Origin: a virus
Taxonomy: Duplodnaviria; Caudoviricetes
Virus record (IMG/VR): IMGVR_UViG_3300023110_001238
Location: 1-52,352 of that record
Strand: one strand, 5' to 3'
DNA: 52,352 bases
In this document: piece after piece, positions 20,941 through 29,890 of the stretch
How positions within the stretch are numbered: the stretch's first letter is position 1
Layout: the number at the start of each line of letters is the position of its first letter
The notes under the pieces: generated by a model
Databases searched by the model: none
What the model was told of the DNA's origin: nothing
The model's input: only the letters and a program-made list of their open reading frames with translations
Translations under genes and position numbers: made by a program

Positions 20941-22649
20941 TATTATTTCGCAAGGTCCGTTGGAAGAATCTACTTTCAACTGGCAACCATTTTTCTGAAA
21001 TTGAATTAGACAAGACCAATCAATCTTTGATTGTTGGTTCTAATGGTTCAGGCAAATCAACACTGCTTGATGCTTTGTGTTTTGGTTTGTTTGGCAAACC
21101 GTTTCGTTCAATTCAAAAAGCTAATCTAATTAACTCAATCAATGGCAAGAATCTTGAGGTCGAAGTTGAATTTGATACCAACAATAAAGCTTATAAGGTT
21201 ATTCGTGGTATTAAACCGAACAAGTTTGAAATATATGTCGATGATGAACTGTTAGACCAAGATGCAACTGTTAAAGACTATCAAGAGCAATTAGAAAAGT
21301 TTGTTCTTAAGATGAACTACAAATCTTTTACACAAATTGTGGTTCTTGGTTCAGCTTCATTTACTCCATTTATGCAACTATCAAATAGAGATAGGCGAGA
21401 TATTATTGAAGACTTATTAGATATTCAAATATTCTCAGTAATGAATAAACTGACCAAAGACAAACTCATTAGCAATAAAGATATGTTGAATGACAAAAGA
21501 CACAACATTCAACTAACACAACAACAATATGACTTTGAAGAAAAAAGGCTTCAAGACTTAAAACAAAACAACGATGAAAAGATACAAGAACATGAAACAG
21601 ATATTTCTACCAACAAAACTAATATATCAAATCTCACTGAAGAAATTGAGACAATTGGATCTCAAGTATCTACGCTTCAAAAAGATGTTGATGGAAGAAT
21701 TGAATCAGAAAAGCGAGTAAAAAAATTCAATCAACTAGAAGCACAAATTGAAACCAATCTCACAAAGTATAAAGGTGATGTAGATTTCTTTGAGCATAAT
21801 GATAACTGTCCAACTTGCCGACAACATATTGAACAGGCATTTAAAGACGGTGAAGTTAAAAGCTTAAGAGAAAAAATAGAAGAATGTGGCCACGGACTAT
21901 CTCAACTTGATGAGATGATAAATGAAGAACAAGCTAAACTCAATGATATATCAGAAAAACAAAAGAAGATACAAGAATTACAAATAAAGATTGCTACAAA
22001 CAATACATCAATTACCGAGATAAACAGATACATTGATAGAATTAAAAAAGATATTGAACAACTTCAAACCAATAAAACAATATCTGATACAGAAGAACAA
22101 AAACTAAAAGAGCTTAAAGTTGAAATAGACCAAAAAGAAAAAGAGTTTAAAGAACTGCTTGAAGAAAAAACATATTATGAAGTTGCTGGTGCTTTATTAA
22201 AAGATACAGGTATCAAAACAAAAATTATTAAACAATATTTGCCTGTGATTAATCGTTTGGTCAATAGTTATCTTGGCAAATTGGATTTTTTTGTTAATTT
22301 TAATTTAGATGAAACCTTTAAAGAGACCATTAAGTCCAGATTTAGAGATGAATTTAGTTATAATAACTTTTCACAAGGCGAGAAACAAAGAATTGATATG
22401 GCATTGATGCTCACATGGCGAGCTGTTGCTAGATTGAAAAACTCAACCAACACGAATCTACTAATATTGGATGAGACCTTTGATTCATCATTAGATGCTA
22501 CTGGTGTAGATGAATTAATTAAGATTTTACATTCATTAGATGATGTAAATATTTTTGTGATATCACACAAAGGTGATATACTACAAGATAAATTTGAATC
22601 AGTAATTAAGTTTGATAAGATTAAAAACTTTTCTAGGATAATACAATGA
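20937..22649 (+). CDS. gp46: Recombination ATPase gp46 (Rad50/SbcC-like)
   Basis: GSNGSGKST, CPTC zinc hook, FSQGEKQR signature, LILDE. Confidence 0.95.
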   Translation: MILFRKVRWKNLLSTGNHFSEIELDKTNQSLIVGSNGSGKSTLLDALCFGLFGKPFRSIQKANLINSINGKNLEVEVEFDTNNKAYKVIRGIKPNKFEIYVDDELLDQDATVKDYQEQLEKFVLKMNYKSFTQIVVLGSASFTPFMQLSNRDRRDIIEDLLDIQIFSVMNKLTKDKLISNKDMLNDKRHNIQLTQQQYDFEEKRLQDLKQNNDEKIQEHETDISTNKTNISNLTEEIETIGSQVSTLQKDVDGRIESEKRVKKFNQLEAQIETNLTKYKGDVDFFEHNDNCPTCRQHIEQAFKDGEVKSLREKIEECGHGLSQLDEMINEEQAKLNDISEKQKKIQELQIKIATNNTSITEINRYIDRIKKDIEQLQTNKTISDTEEQKLKELKVEIDQKEKEFKELLEEKTYYEVAGALLKDTGIKTKIIKQYLPVINRLVNSYLGKLDFFVNFNLDETFKETIKSRFRDEFSYNNFSQGEKQRIDMALMLTWRAVARLKNSTNTNLLILDETFDSSLDATGVDELIKILHSLDDVNIFVISHKGDILQDKFESVIKFDKIKNFSRIIQ

Positions 22650-23236
22650 GTGAAGATAATATTTTAGTTATAAACACGGAAGATTCTGTAAAATTACCAG
22701 AAAAAGAAGTCAAGCTTGAACCGTTACCATTATATGCTGATACTTTACCAATGTTATCAGAAGTGATGCCCCATTATGATACAAAACAATTGCCAAATCA
22801 ATCTATGTCAAATCTTGTCAAACAACTTAAAATGACAATGAAACAGTTTGGTGGCATTGGCCTGTCAGCTAATCAGTGTAATGTTCGTGCAAGGGTTTTT
22901 ATTATTGGCACCGAAGACAAACAACTCGTTTGTATCAATCCAAAAGTTATTAAAGAATCGGCAGAAGTGGAAAAAAGTGGTGAAGGTTGCCTCTCTTTTC
23001 CCGGTTTATATCTTAAAATAGAAAGACCATTAAGCATTGATGTAGAATTTGCAGATGAATCGGGTAAGGTGCATAATGAAACACTCACCGATTTGGTAGC
23101 AAGATGTTTTCTACACGAACTCGACCATATGAACGGAGTTAAATTTACAAGCCATGTTGGTCCAGTTTCATTAAAAATGGCTGAACAAAAACGACAAAAG
23201 ATGATTAAAAAAATACAGAGACAGAAAAAACGATGA
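22646..23236 (+). CDS. def: Peptide deformylase
   Basis: GIGLSANQ, EGCLS, HELDHMNG motifs. Confidence 0.93.
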   Translation: MSEDNILVINTEDSVKLPEKEVKLEPLPLYADTLPMLSEVMPHYDTKQLPNQSMSNLVKQLKMTMKQFGGIGLSANQCNVRARVFIIGTEDKQLVCINPKVIKESAEVEKSGEGCLSFPGLYLKIERPLSIDVEFADESGKVHNETLTDLVARCFLHELDHMNGVKFTSHVGPVSLKMAEQKRQKMIKKIQRQKKR

Positions 23237-24516
23237 GTTACGCTTGGGACCCAAAAGATGATGTAGAAACACAATGGCAAAAATGGTCAGATGCTAATCC
23301 TGTGGCTAAAATGCCTGAAATTGATTTTGAAGAAGTTAAGCAAGAGACCATTAAAGACCTAGAATTTGTTTCTCAAATGGATGTAAAAGAATACACACTC
23401 TATCAGAAATGGTGTGAGGTGCAAGAAAAATATCCATTTGTGACCGTCAATGATTTATGGGAAGGCGAAACTAAAGTATTAGAAGATGAGAAACAACGCC
23501 GTGCCATACAAGAAGTCAAAACTAATATTTGGAATCCAGCTGATGTAGATACTTACATGAAATTGGAACCAGAACTCATTTATGCGAACAAGCAAGATGA
23601 TTTACCTGAACTCTGGAATGTAATACGAACATTCTCATCAACAATGAAAAACAATTCTAATATTGGTCGTAATCTTAATTTTGTGGTAAGAGATAAACCG
23701 ACCAAACAGTATCTTGGTGTTATTTGTATTTCCTCAGACTTTTTAGACTTAACACCAAGAGATAACTTTATTGGTTGGAGTAGAGAACTTAAAACGCAAG
23801 GATCAATGATTAACCACACAGCAATTGGATCCACGATTGTTCCTCTCCAACCTTTAGGTTATAATTACACAGGTGGTAAATTGTTAGCCTTATTATGTTT
23901 AGACGATAAGATACAACAATTATGGCAGGAGTTATATGGCGACAAACTTGTTGGTGTAACCACCACATCGCTCTACGGTAAGACAAAGACAGGAGGTCTA
24001 TCACAATACGATAGACTATCACATTGGAAGAAAATGGGTTTTACAGCTGGTTCGGTTGCATTTGAACCAACAAGAAAAACAAGATATCGAATTAATCATT
24101 GGTTAAAGAAAAACCATACAAGAAAATATTTTGATTGGTATGTTGCAAAGAAACCAAGTGGTCAGCCACATAAACGAGACCATAAAAACAGGTCTTTACA
24201 GTTTGCCTATTCTCAAATGAAATTAGATAAGACACTGATTCGTTCAGAACACGCTAGAGGTATTTACTTCTCACCTTTATATGATAACACAGCAGAGTTT
24301 CTCCGTGGTGATATAACAGAAGACAAATTGGTCAAATCGTTTGACACATCAACTGAAGCTCTTGTAAATATATGGAAAGAGAAGTATGCAACCAAGAGGA
24401 TAACCAATCTGAAAGAACAAGGAAGAGTGTCCAATGAGACTTTATTCTATGATGACTTGATTACCTTGTCTTGGGACGAAACTAAAGAAAAATATCTAAC
24501 ACAGGTTGGTCGGTAA
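23233..24516 (+). CDS. DUF4338/DruA-like protein, paralogue 1
   Basis: IVPLQPLGYNYTGGKLLALLC, TTSLYG, SQYD motifs as recalled for DUF4338/DruA; function unproven. Confidence 0.6.
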   Translation: MSYAWDPKDDVETQWQKWSDANPVAKMPEIDFEEVKQETIKDLEFVSQMDVKEYTLYQKWCEVQEKYPFVTVNDLWEGETKVLEDEKQRRAIQEVKTNIWNPADVDTYMKLEPELIYANKQDDLPELWNVIRTFSSTMKNNSNIGRNLNFVVRDKPTKQYLGVICISSDFLDLTPRDNFIGWSRELKTQGSMINHTAIGSTIVPLQPLGYNYTGGKLLALLCLDDKIQQLWQELYGDKLVGVTTTSLYGKTKTGGLSQYDRLSHWKKMGFTAGSVAFEPTRKTRYRINHWLKKNHTRKYFDWYVAKKPSGQPHKRDHKNRSLQFAYSQMKLDKTLIRSEHARGIYFSPLYDNTAEFLRGDITEDKLVKSFDTSTEALVNIWKEKYATKRITNLKEQGRVSNETLFYDDLITLSWDETKEKYLTQVGR

Positions 24517-24531
24517 TAATAAAAATAATGC

Positions 24532-24559
24532 TTGACTTTTATAAAAATCTGTGTATAAT
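24532..24559 (+). promoter_or_regulatory. sigma70-type promoter for tRNA-like RNA
   Basis: TTGACT-16 nt-TATAAT, ending 13 nt before the RNA 5' end. Confidence 0.7.
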
Positions 24560-24572
24560 GGTTACTGAAAAT

Positions 24573-24639
24573 GCGGGGGGAGTTAATCGAACTAGGTTCC
24601 CCATCTAGTTAGTTGGTGTAAGTCCAACACCCCGCTCCA
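24573..24639 (+). tRNA. Non-canonical, shortened tRNA-Gly-like RNA (anticodon CCC, encoded CCA)
   Basis: Acceptor GCGGGG/CCCCGC, discriminator U, CCA end; anticodon hairpin CTAGG-TTCCCCA-TCTAG; T arm GTTGG-TGTAAGT-CCAAC; rudimentary D region; 67 nt. Confidence 0.75.
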
Positions 24640-24668
24640 AATTTCATTTTACTCTCCTAAAAAATGCT

Positions 24669-24706
24669 AAAAAGGCCTTGACAAAAGGCCTTTTTTGATG
24701 TATCCT
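24669..24706 (+). promoter_or_regulatory. Overlapping hairpin/terminator and sigma70 promoter
   Basis: AAAAAGGCCTT/AAGGCCTTTTT inverted repeat (24669-24695) overlapping TTGACA(24678)-17 nt-TATCCT. Confidence 0.6.
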
Positions 24707-24736
24707 ATCCATATGATAGTGAAAAAGAGAGAAAAA

Positions 24737-27046
24737 ATGGCAGATACAAATCTAAAAGAGTTCAAATCTCAACTTGCCAAACTGATGGCAAACGAGAATA
24801 TTCAAATCGAACACCAAAAAATCTCAACAGCAAAATTTGATGTAAAAAATCGTGTGTTATATCTTCCAATCTGGACTGATATGACTGGTTATACATATGA
24901 CTTATTATGTGGTCACGAAGTTGGTCACGCACTCTTTACGCCTGAAGAAGGATGGCATGATGCTGTTGTTGATAAAGCTAAAGGTAAAAACTACAAAAAC
25001 TTTTTAAATGTGGTTGAAGACGCTAGAATTGAAAAGCGTGTTCAAAGAAAATATCCAGGTCTTAAACAATCATTCAAAAAAGCATATGCTGACTTAATGA
25101 AAAAAGACTTCTTTGGTATTGGTAAAAGAGATATCAATAGTTTTCCTTTTATCGATAGATTAAATCTTTTCACAAAATCTCAATATGTTCTGCCTGTTGA
25201 TTTCAATGAATATGAAACTAAACTTTTAGAAAAAGTAAAAGCTGCAGAAAGTTGGGACGATGTTGTTGCTGTTACAAAAGAAATTTATGATTATTCTAAA
25301 GACGAACAATTAGATTATGAAGACGAACTTTCATTTGATATCAATTTAGGTGATGATGAAGAACTCGAAGATGGTGATGAATTTGATAGTGAAGATAATG
25401 AAAACACAATCGAACCTGAAGCAGAAGATAAAAAAGAAGTTGAAGACGATAGTCAAGCTTCTAGTGGGAATAATGATGATGGTGAAGAAGACACCCCCTG
25501 GTTTGAATCCAAACAACAAGTTATCAATAGAGTTAAAGAAGATAATGCTTCTGAATTTGACCAAGAATTCACACCGTCTTGCCAAACAGATGAGAATTAC
25601 AGAGATAACGAAGGTAGATTAGTTGATGAACAATGTAAGCCTTATCGTTACCTTGAATTTCCAAAAGTTAAAAATTATAAAGATGTTATTACACCAGCTA
25701 AACGAGTTCAAGAGCTTTTAACAAAAGATTTTGAAAAACAAATATCAGATGATTGGTTTCCAAGAGAAAACATTGATAAGTTTTATAATGAATTCAAAAA
25801 GAAAAATGACAAATACATTTCGCTTCTTGCTAAAGAATTTGAAATGAAAAAAGCGGCAAAAGTATTTGCAAAAAGAAAAGTATCAAGCACTGGTGAATTA
25901 GATATCAATAAACTTGCTAGTTATAAATTTGATGATAACATTTTCAGAAAAGCGATGATTGTTCCAAAAGGTAAATCACACGGACTTATATTGTTACTTG
26001 ACTATTCTGGTTCAATGTATTCAAATCTAGCAGGTTCAATTGAGCAGATTTTAGTTCTTGCTGGTTTCTGCCGTAAAGTAAATATTCCATTTACCGTGAT
26101 GACATTCAGTAATGACAGAAGCGTGTGGCAATATGATAGAGATATTGAAGAAGATATCAAACCAGAAATTTTTGAGAAAAAAACAAACACGATTGCTTGG
26201 GATATAGTTCAATTAAGAGAATACATCAATTCTGATATGAATAATGTTGAATATACAAAAGCTGCCAAGAATATGGTGTTGTTAATGAAAGCTTGGGAAC
26301 ATAGAAGTGATTGGAGAAATTCTTTTGAAAATTACAGAACTTATCCTAATGTTCCAAATAATGAAAAACTTACAAACACGCCACTCAGCCAGGCAATTTA
26401 TTGTTTAGGTGATTATACAAAAGGTTTTAAAAAATCTAAAAATCTTGACCTTGTTAATCTGGTGGTTGTGCATGATGGTGATGCTGACGGAGTAAGACAA
26501 TATCAATATTATGGTCTTGACCCGTTCAGTTCTTCAAACGAAGAGAGATGGTATCACAAACACTGGTTACAAAATGAAGAAAATATTATTGTTAGAGATA
26601 ATAGAATTCAATTTCAATCAAAACTTGGTGATGAATATGATTCTTATGATTTCATTTTTAATACAACCGTTCAATGGTATAAAAAATATACCGGTTCAAA
26701 AGTAATTGGTTTTTACATTGTAGATGGTTCTAGCTCAAGAGATGTTAAATCTGCTGTTGATAGAGAATATCTGGACCATACAGACGGTTACAGATATGAT
26801 TGGAATGAAATAAAAGAAGCTGTTAAAAAATTCAGAAAAGATAAAATGCTTATTGGTAATAAAAAAGGCTTCAATGACTTTTATTTAATTCTTGGTGGTA
26901 AATCACTCAAAGTAAAAGACCCCGAGATTGAAGTAAATGGTAAAATTACTGCAAGTAAATTAAAAACAGCATTTATGAAAGTAAATAAAAGTAAGCAAGT
27001 AAATAGGGTTCTGGTCAGTAAATTTATTGAAAAAATTGCTGCTTAG
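24737..27046 (+). CDS. CobT-like protein: zincin peptidase-like (HExxH) + acidic linker + VWA domain
   Basis: HEVGH and NVVEDARIE N-terminally, DYSGS MIDAS and HDG C-terminally; next to MoxR/CobS-like ATPase. Confidence 0.8.
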   Translation: MADTNLKEFKSQLAKLMANENIQIEHQKISTAKFDVKNRVLYLPIWTDMTGYTYDLLCGHEVGHALFTPEEGWHDAVVDKAKGKNYKNFLNVVEDARIEKRVQRKYPGLKQSFKKAYADLMKKDFFGIGKRDINSFPFIDRLNLFTKSQYVLPVDFNEYETKLLEKVKAAESWDDVVAVTKEIYDYSKDEQLDYEDELSFDINLGDDEELEDGDEFDSEDNENTIEPEAEDKKEVEDDSQASSGNNDDGEEDTPWFESKQQVINRVKEDNASEFDQEFTPSCQTDENYRDNEGRLVDEQCKPYRYLEFPKVKNYKDVITPAKRVQELLTKDFEKQISDDWFPRENIDKFYNEFKKKNDKYISLLAKEFEMKKAAKVFAKRKVSSTGELDINKLASYKFDDNIFRKAMIVPKGKSHGLILLLDYSGSMYSNLAGSIEQILVLAGFCRKVNIPFTVMTFSNDRSVWQYDRDIEEDIKPEIFEKKTNTIAWDIVQLREYINSDMNNVEYTKAAKNMVLLMKAWEHRSDWRNSFENYRTYPNVPNNEKLTNTPLSQAIYCLGDYTKGFKKSKNLDLVNLVVVHDGDADGVRQYQYYGLDPFSSSNEERWYHKHWLQNEENIIVRDNRIQFQSKLGDEYDSYDFIFNTTVQWYKKYTGSKVIGFYIVDGSSSRDVKSAVDREYLDHTDGYRYDWNEIKEAVKKFRKDKMLIGNKKGFNDFYLILGGKSLKVKDPEIEVNGKITASKLKTAFMKVNKSKQVNRVLVSKFIEKIAA

Positions 27047-27050
27047 GGGC

Positions 27051-27078
27051 TTGACTTTTGGTCCAGTTGTGTTATAAT
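27051..27078 (+). promoter_or_regulatory. sigma70-type promoter
   Basis: TTGACT-16 nt-TATAAT with TG extended -10. Confidence 0.7.
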
Positions 27079-27114
27079 GGCCACATAAGATAGTGAAATA
27101 AAGGAGATTATATC

Positions 27115-28335
27115 ATGTCTAATTTGAAAAACGATAGAAAACTTTTTTTAGAAAAGTTAAAAGAAACTGGTAAAGTTTCACTCACTCGAACCGAAATCAA
27201 TAAAATTGGTAAAGAAGTCGGTTTGAAAAGTTTTGGTTGGTTTACCAAAAAGTCCGACAACAAATTATCACGAGGACTTTACAAGGTTCCAACTGATGTT
27301 GCAATTGCTTTACAACCAGCAGTTTCAGTGAAACCTATAATTAACAAAGTTGTTCCAATGCCAAATGTAACCATTAAAACTTCAGGCAATCGTATCGCTA
27401 ATGTGACTACTGAATTATCGATGACTGATTTGGTTCCTGCTGTTTATGATAATTATGTACCGTTTGGTAATTTCAGTGATATTGTTGCCATTATCAAGTC
27501 TGGTAAATTCTTTCCTGTTTTTGTTTCAGGTCAGTCAGGCAACGGTAAAACAATGTCTATCGAACAGGCTTGTGCAAAATTAAAACGAAAATTTGTTATT
27601 GTGTCCATGACACCAGAAACCGATGAAGCAGATTTGCTTGGTAACTATGTTCTCATAGACGGTCAGATGGAGTGGAGAGATGGTCCTGTAACAACTGCCG
27701 CTCGTGAAGGTGCGGTATTATGTATTGACGAAATTGATTACGGCGCTCAGAACCTAAGTTGTCTTCAGCGTGTGTTAGAAGGCAAACCATTTATGCTGAA
27801 GAAAAAAGGCGAAATGGTTACCCCATCTCCGGGTTTCACTATTTTTGCCACAGCTAACACAAAAGGCAAAGGTTCTGAGGACGGCCGTTATATTTTCACA
27901 AATGTTCTGAACGAAGCATTCCTTGAAAGGTTCAGAAACACTTACGAACAAGATTGGCCACCCGCCGCTGTTGAGAAAAAAATTATCAATGGTGAACTAG
28001 CCAAAGCGGGTCTTACTGATGAAGATTTTTCTGATAAACTTGTAACATGGGCAGACGCCATCAGAAAAACTTTCAATGAAGGTGGTTGTGATGAGGTTGT
28101 TTCAACCAGAAGATTGGTTCAAATTGTTGAAACATTCAGTATCTTTGGTGATAAAACTAAAGCATTATCATACTGCTTAAACAGGTTTGATGATGAAACC
28201 AAATTCTCATTCATTGACTTGTATTCAAAAGTTGATGCTGGTGCTTCAGTAGATGATATTCTCAAAGTTGAAGAACCTGAAGTTGAAGAGGAACCCGAAA
28301 CAGATGAGATTGAATCTGACGGAAATCCTTTTTAA
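27115..28335 (+). CDS. cobS: CobS-like MoxR-family AAA+ ATPase
   Basis: GQSGNGKT, LCIDEID, ATANTKGKG, NEAFLERF, STRRLV. Confidence 0.85.
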   Translation: MSNLKNDRKLFLEKLKETGKVSLTRTEINKIGKEVGLKSFGWFTKKSDNKLSRGLYKVPTDVAIALQPAVSVKPIINKVVPMPNVTIKTSGNRIANVTTELSMTDLVPAVYDNYVPFGNFSDIVAIIKSGKFFPVFVSGQSGNGKTMSIEQACAKLKRKFVIVSMTPETDEADLLGNYVLIDGQMEWRDGPVTTAAREGAVLCIDEIDYGAQNLSCLQRVLEGKPFMLKKKGEMVTPSPGFTIFATANTKGKGSEDGRYIFTNVLNEAFLERFRNTYEQDWPPAAVEKKIINGELAKAGLTDEDFSDKLVTWADAIRKTFNEGGCDEVVSTRRLVQIVETFSIFGDKTKALSYCLNRFDDETKFSFIDLYSKVDAGASVDDILKVEEPEVEEEPETDEIESDGNPF

Positions 28336-28372
28336 CTTTGCCTCAATTTTAAATTAAATTTGATATAATAAT

Positions 28373-28419
28373 AACATTCTGGTGAAGGTCGCAACACCAG
28401 AATGTTTTTTACCTGCGAC
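28373..28419 (+). promoter_or_regulatory. Predicted H-type pseudoknot in 5' leader
   Basis: 12-bp stem AACATTCTGGTG/CACCAGAATGTT; loop GTCGCA complementary to downstream TGCGAC. Confidence 0.5.
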
Positions 28420-28441
28420 ATTACATTATGGAGACATACTA

Positions 28442-28726
28442 ATGACTAAAGTATCAAATGCAGCTAAGTATAAAATGCTAGGCTATCTTTCGAAAACATC
28501 TGGCTATAATACATTAACAGTTGCTAAAGCTCAATCAATGTTCGGTATCAAGAATGTTGCTGCTCGTATCGATGAACTTCGCAAAGAAGGTCACGCTATT
28601 TACATGAACTCTAAAAAAGTTAATGGTAAAAAAGTTAATTTCTATCGTTTGGGCACACCATCTCGCAAAGTCGTTGCGGCTGGTGTTGAGTACCTACGCC
28701 AACAAGGTGAGAAAGCATTTGCCTAA
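28442..28726 (+). CDS. Small basic winged-HTH-like protein
   Basis: GGAG RBS; FGIKNVAARIDELRKEGHAI...YRLG resembles phage HTH proteins. Confidence 0.6.
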   Translation: MTKVSNAAKYKMLGYLSKTSGYNTLTVAKAQSMFGIKNVAARIDELRKEGHAIYMNSKKVNGKKVNFYRLGTPSRKVVAAGVEYLRQQGEKAFA

Positions 28727-28742
28727 AACTAATGCTTAATCT

Positions 28743-28782
28743 AAAAGAGGGTGGCATATATAATTATGCCACTCTTTTTTTT
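28743..28782 (+). terminator. Rho-independent terminator
   Basis: GAGGGTGGCATA/TATGCCACTCTT stem plus T-run. Confidence 0.8.
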
Positions 28783-28799
28783 AATTATGGAATTATATT

Positions 28800-29615
28800 A
28801 TGGAAATAAAAATCAATGTTGATGAGTTGAAGAAACATAAACTGTTTATTGCTACGCCAATGTATGGCGGCCAATGTTACGGTCTTTACGCAAAGGCGGC
28901 TTTAGATACCCAAACCATATTATCAAAATATGGTATTGAAACCAAATTCTCATTTCTTTTTAATGAATCATTAATTACTCGAGCAAGAAATTACCTTGTT
29001 GATGAATTTTTAAGGTCGGGATATACACATTTAATGTTTATCGATTCTGATATTCATTTTAATCCACAAGACATATTAGCTCTTTTAGCATTGGATAAAG
29101 ATGTAATTGGTGGCCCTTACCCTAAAAAATCAATTAATTGGAGAAATATTGCTGAAGCTGCAAGAAAACATCCAAATATGGATGCAAAAGAATTACCAAG
29201 TTTAGTTGGTGAATATGTTTTTAATGTTGTAAAAGGCACAAAACAATTTCAAGTAACTGAACCAATTGAGGTGTTAGAAATTGGTACTGGTCATATGATG
29301 GTGAAAAGAGAAGTGTTTGATAAGATTGCAAAAGCATATCCAAAAATTCAATACAAACCAGACCATATAGGCCAAGCAAACTTTGACGGTTCAAGATATA
29401 TTCACGCTTACTTTGATACAGTAATTGATTCTAAAGATAGTCCTACTGGTGGTGGTTCAGATAGATATCTTTCAGAAGATTATATGTTCTGCCAAATGTG
29501 GCGTAAGATTGGTGGTGAAATTTGGATGTGTCCTTGGATGAAAAACCAACATATTGGTACTTACGCATTTGCTGGTGATATGCCTGCTGTGGCAAAATAC
29601 ACAGGTAAATTATGA
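28800..29615 (+). CDS. Glycosyltransferase-like (GT-A) protein
   Basis: IATPMYGG, SLITRARN, FIDSD (DxD), GTG, SEDY.FC. Confidence 0.6.
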   Translation: MEIKINVDELKKHKLFIATPMYGGQCYGLYAKAALDTQTILSKYGIETKFSFLFNESLITRARNYLVDEFLRSGYTHLMFIDSDIHFNPQDILALLALDKDVIGGPYPKKSINWRNIAEAARKHPNMDAKELPSLVGEYVFNVVKGTKQFQVTEPIEVLEIGTGHMMVKREVFDKIAKAYPKIQYKPDHIGQANFDGSRYIHAYFDTVIDSKDSPTGGGSDRYLSEDYMFCQMWRKIGGEIWMCPWMKNQHIGTYAFAGDMPAVAKYTGKL

Positions 29616-29890
29616 TAAACTACAAATATAGTGAAGATAGGTTACTTAAAGAATTAAAAAAGTATATCGATGAAACTTATGGTGAGCATTATTCCAAAAA
29701 TAAGTTTCAGGCAACTGAATTTATTCTCGACAGTGGCCACGGTGACGGTTTTTGTATTGGTAATATCATGAAATATGCCCAAAGATACGGCAAAAAAGAT
29801 GGTTATAACCGCAAAGACCTTTTAAAAGTGTTACACTATGGTATTATAGCGTTACACAATCATGACTTGACGAAGGAAAATACATTATGA
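29612..29890 (+). CDS. DUF3310-like protein
   Basis: HY...GFCIGNIMKYAQRYGKKDG...DLLK..HY pattern. Confidence 0.65.
   Translation: MINYKYSEDRLLKELKKYIDETYGEHYSKNKFQATEFILDSGHGDGFCIGNIMKYAQRYGKKDGYNRKDLLKVLHYGIIALHNHDLTKENTL

Noticed and set aside
27115-28335. Cobalamin biosynthesis pathway
   Set aside because: No cobN or other cob genes; the phage CobS-like family is a generic MoxR ATPase
28382-28441. GTG-initiated N-terminal extension of the HTH-like gene
   Set aside because: SD (GGAG) supports ATG 28442; the upstream stretch is better explained as a structured leader
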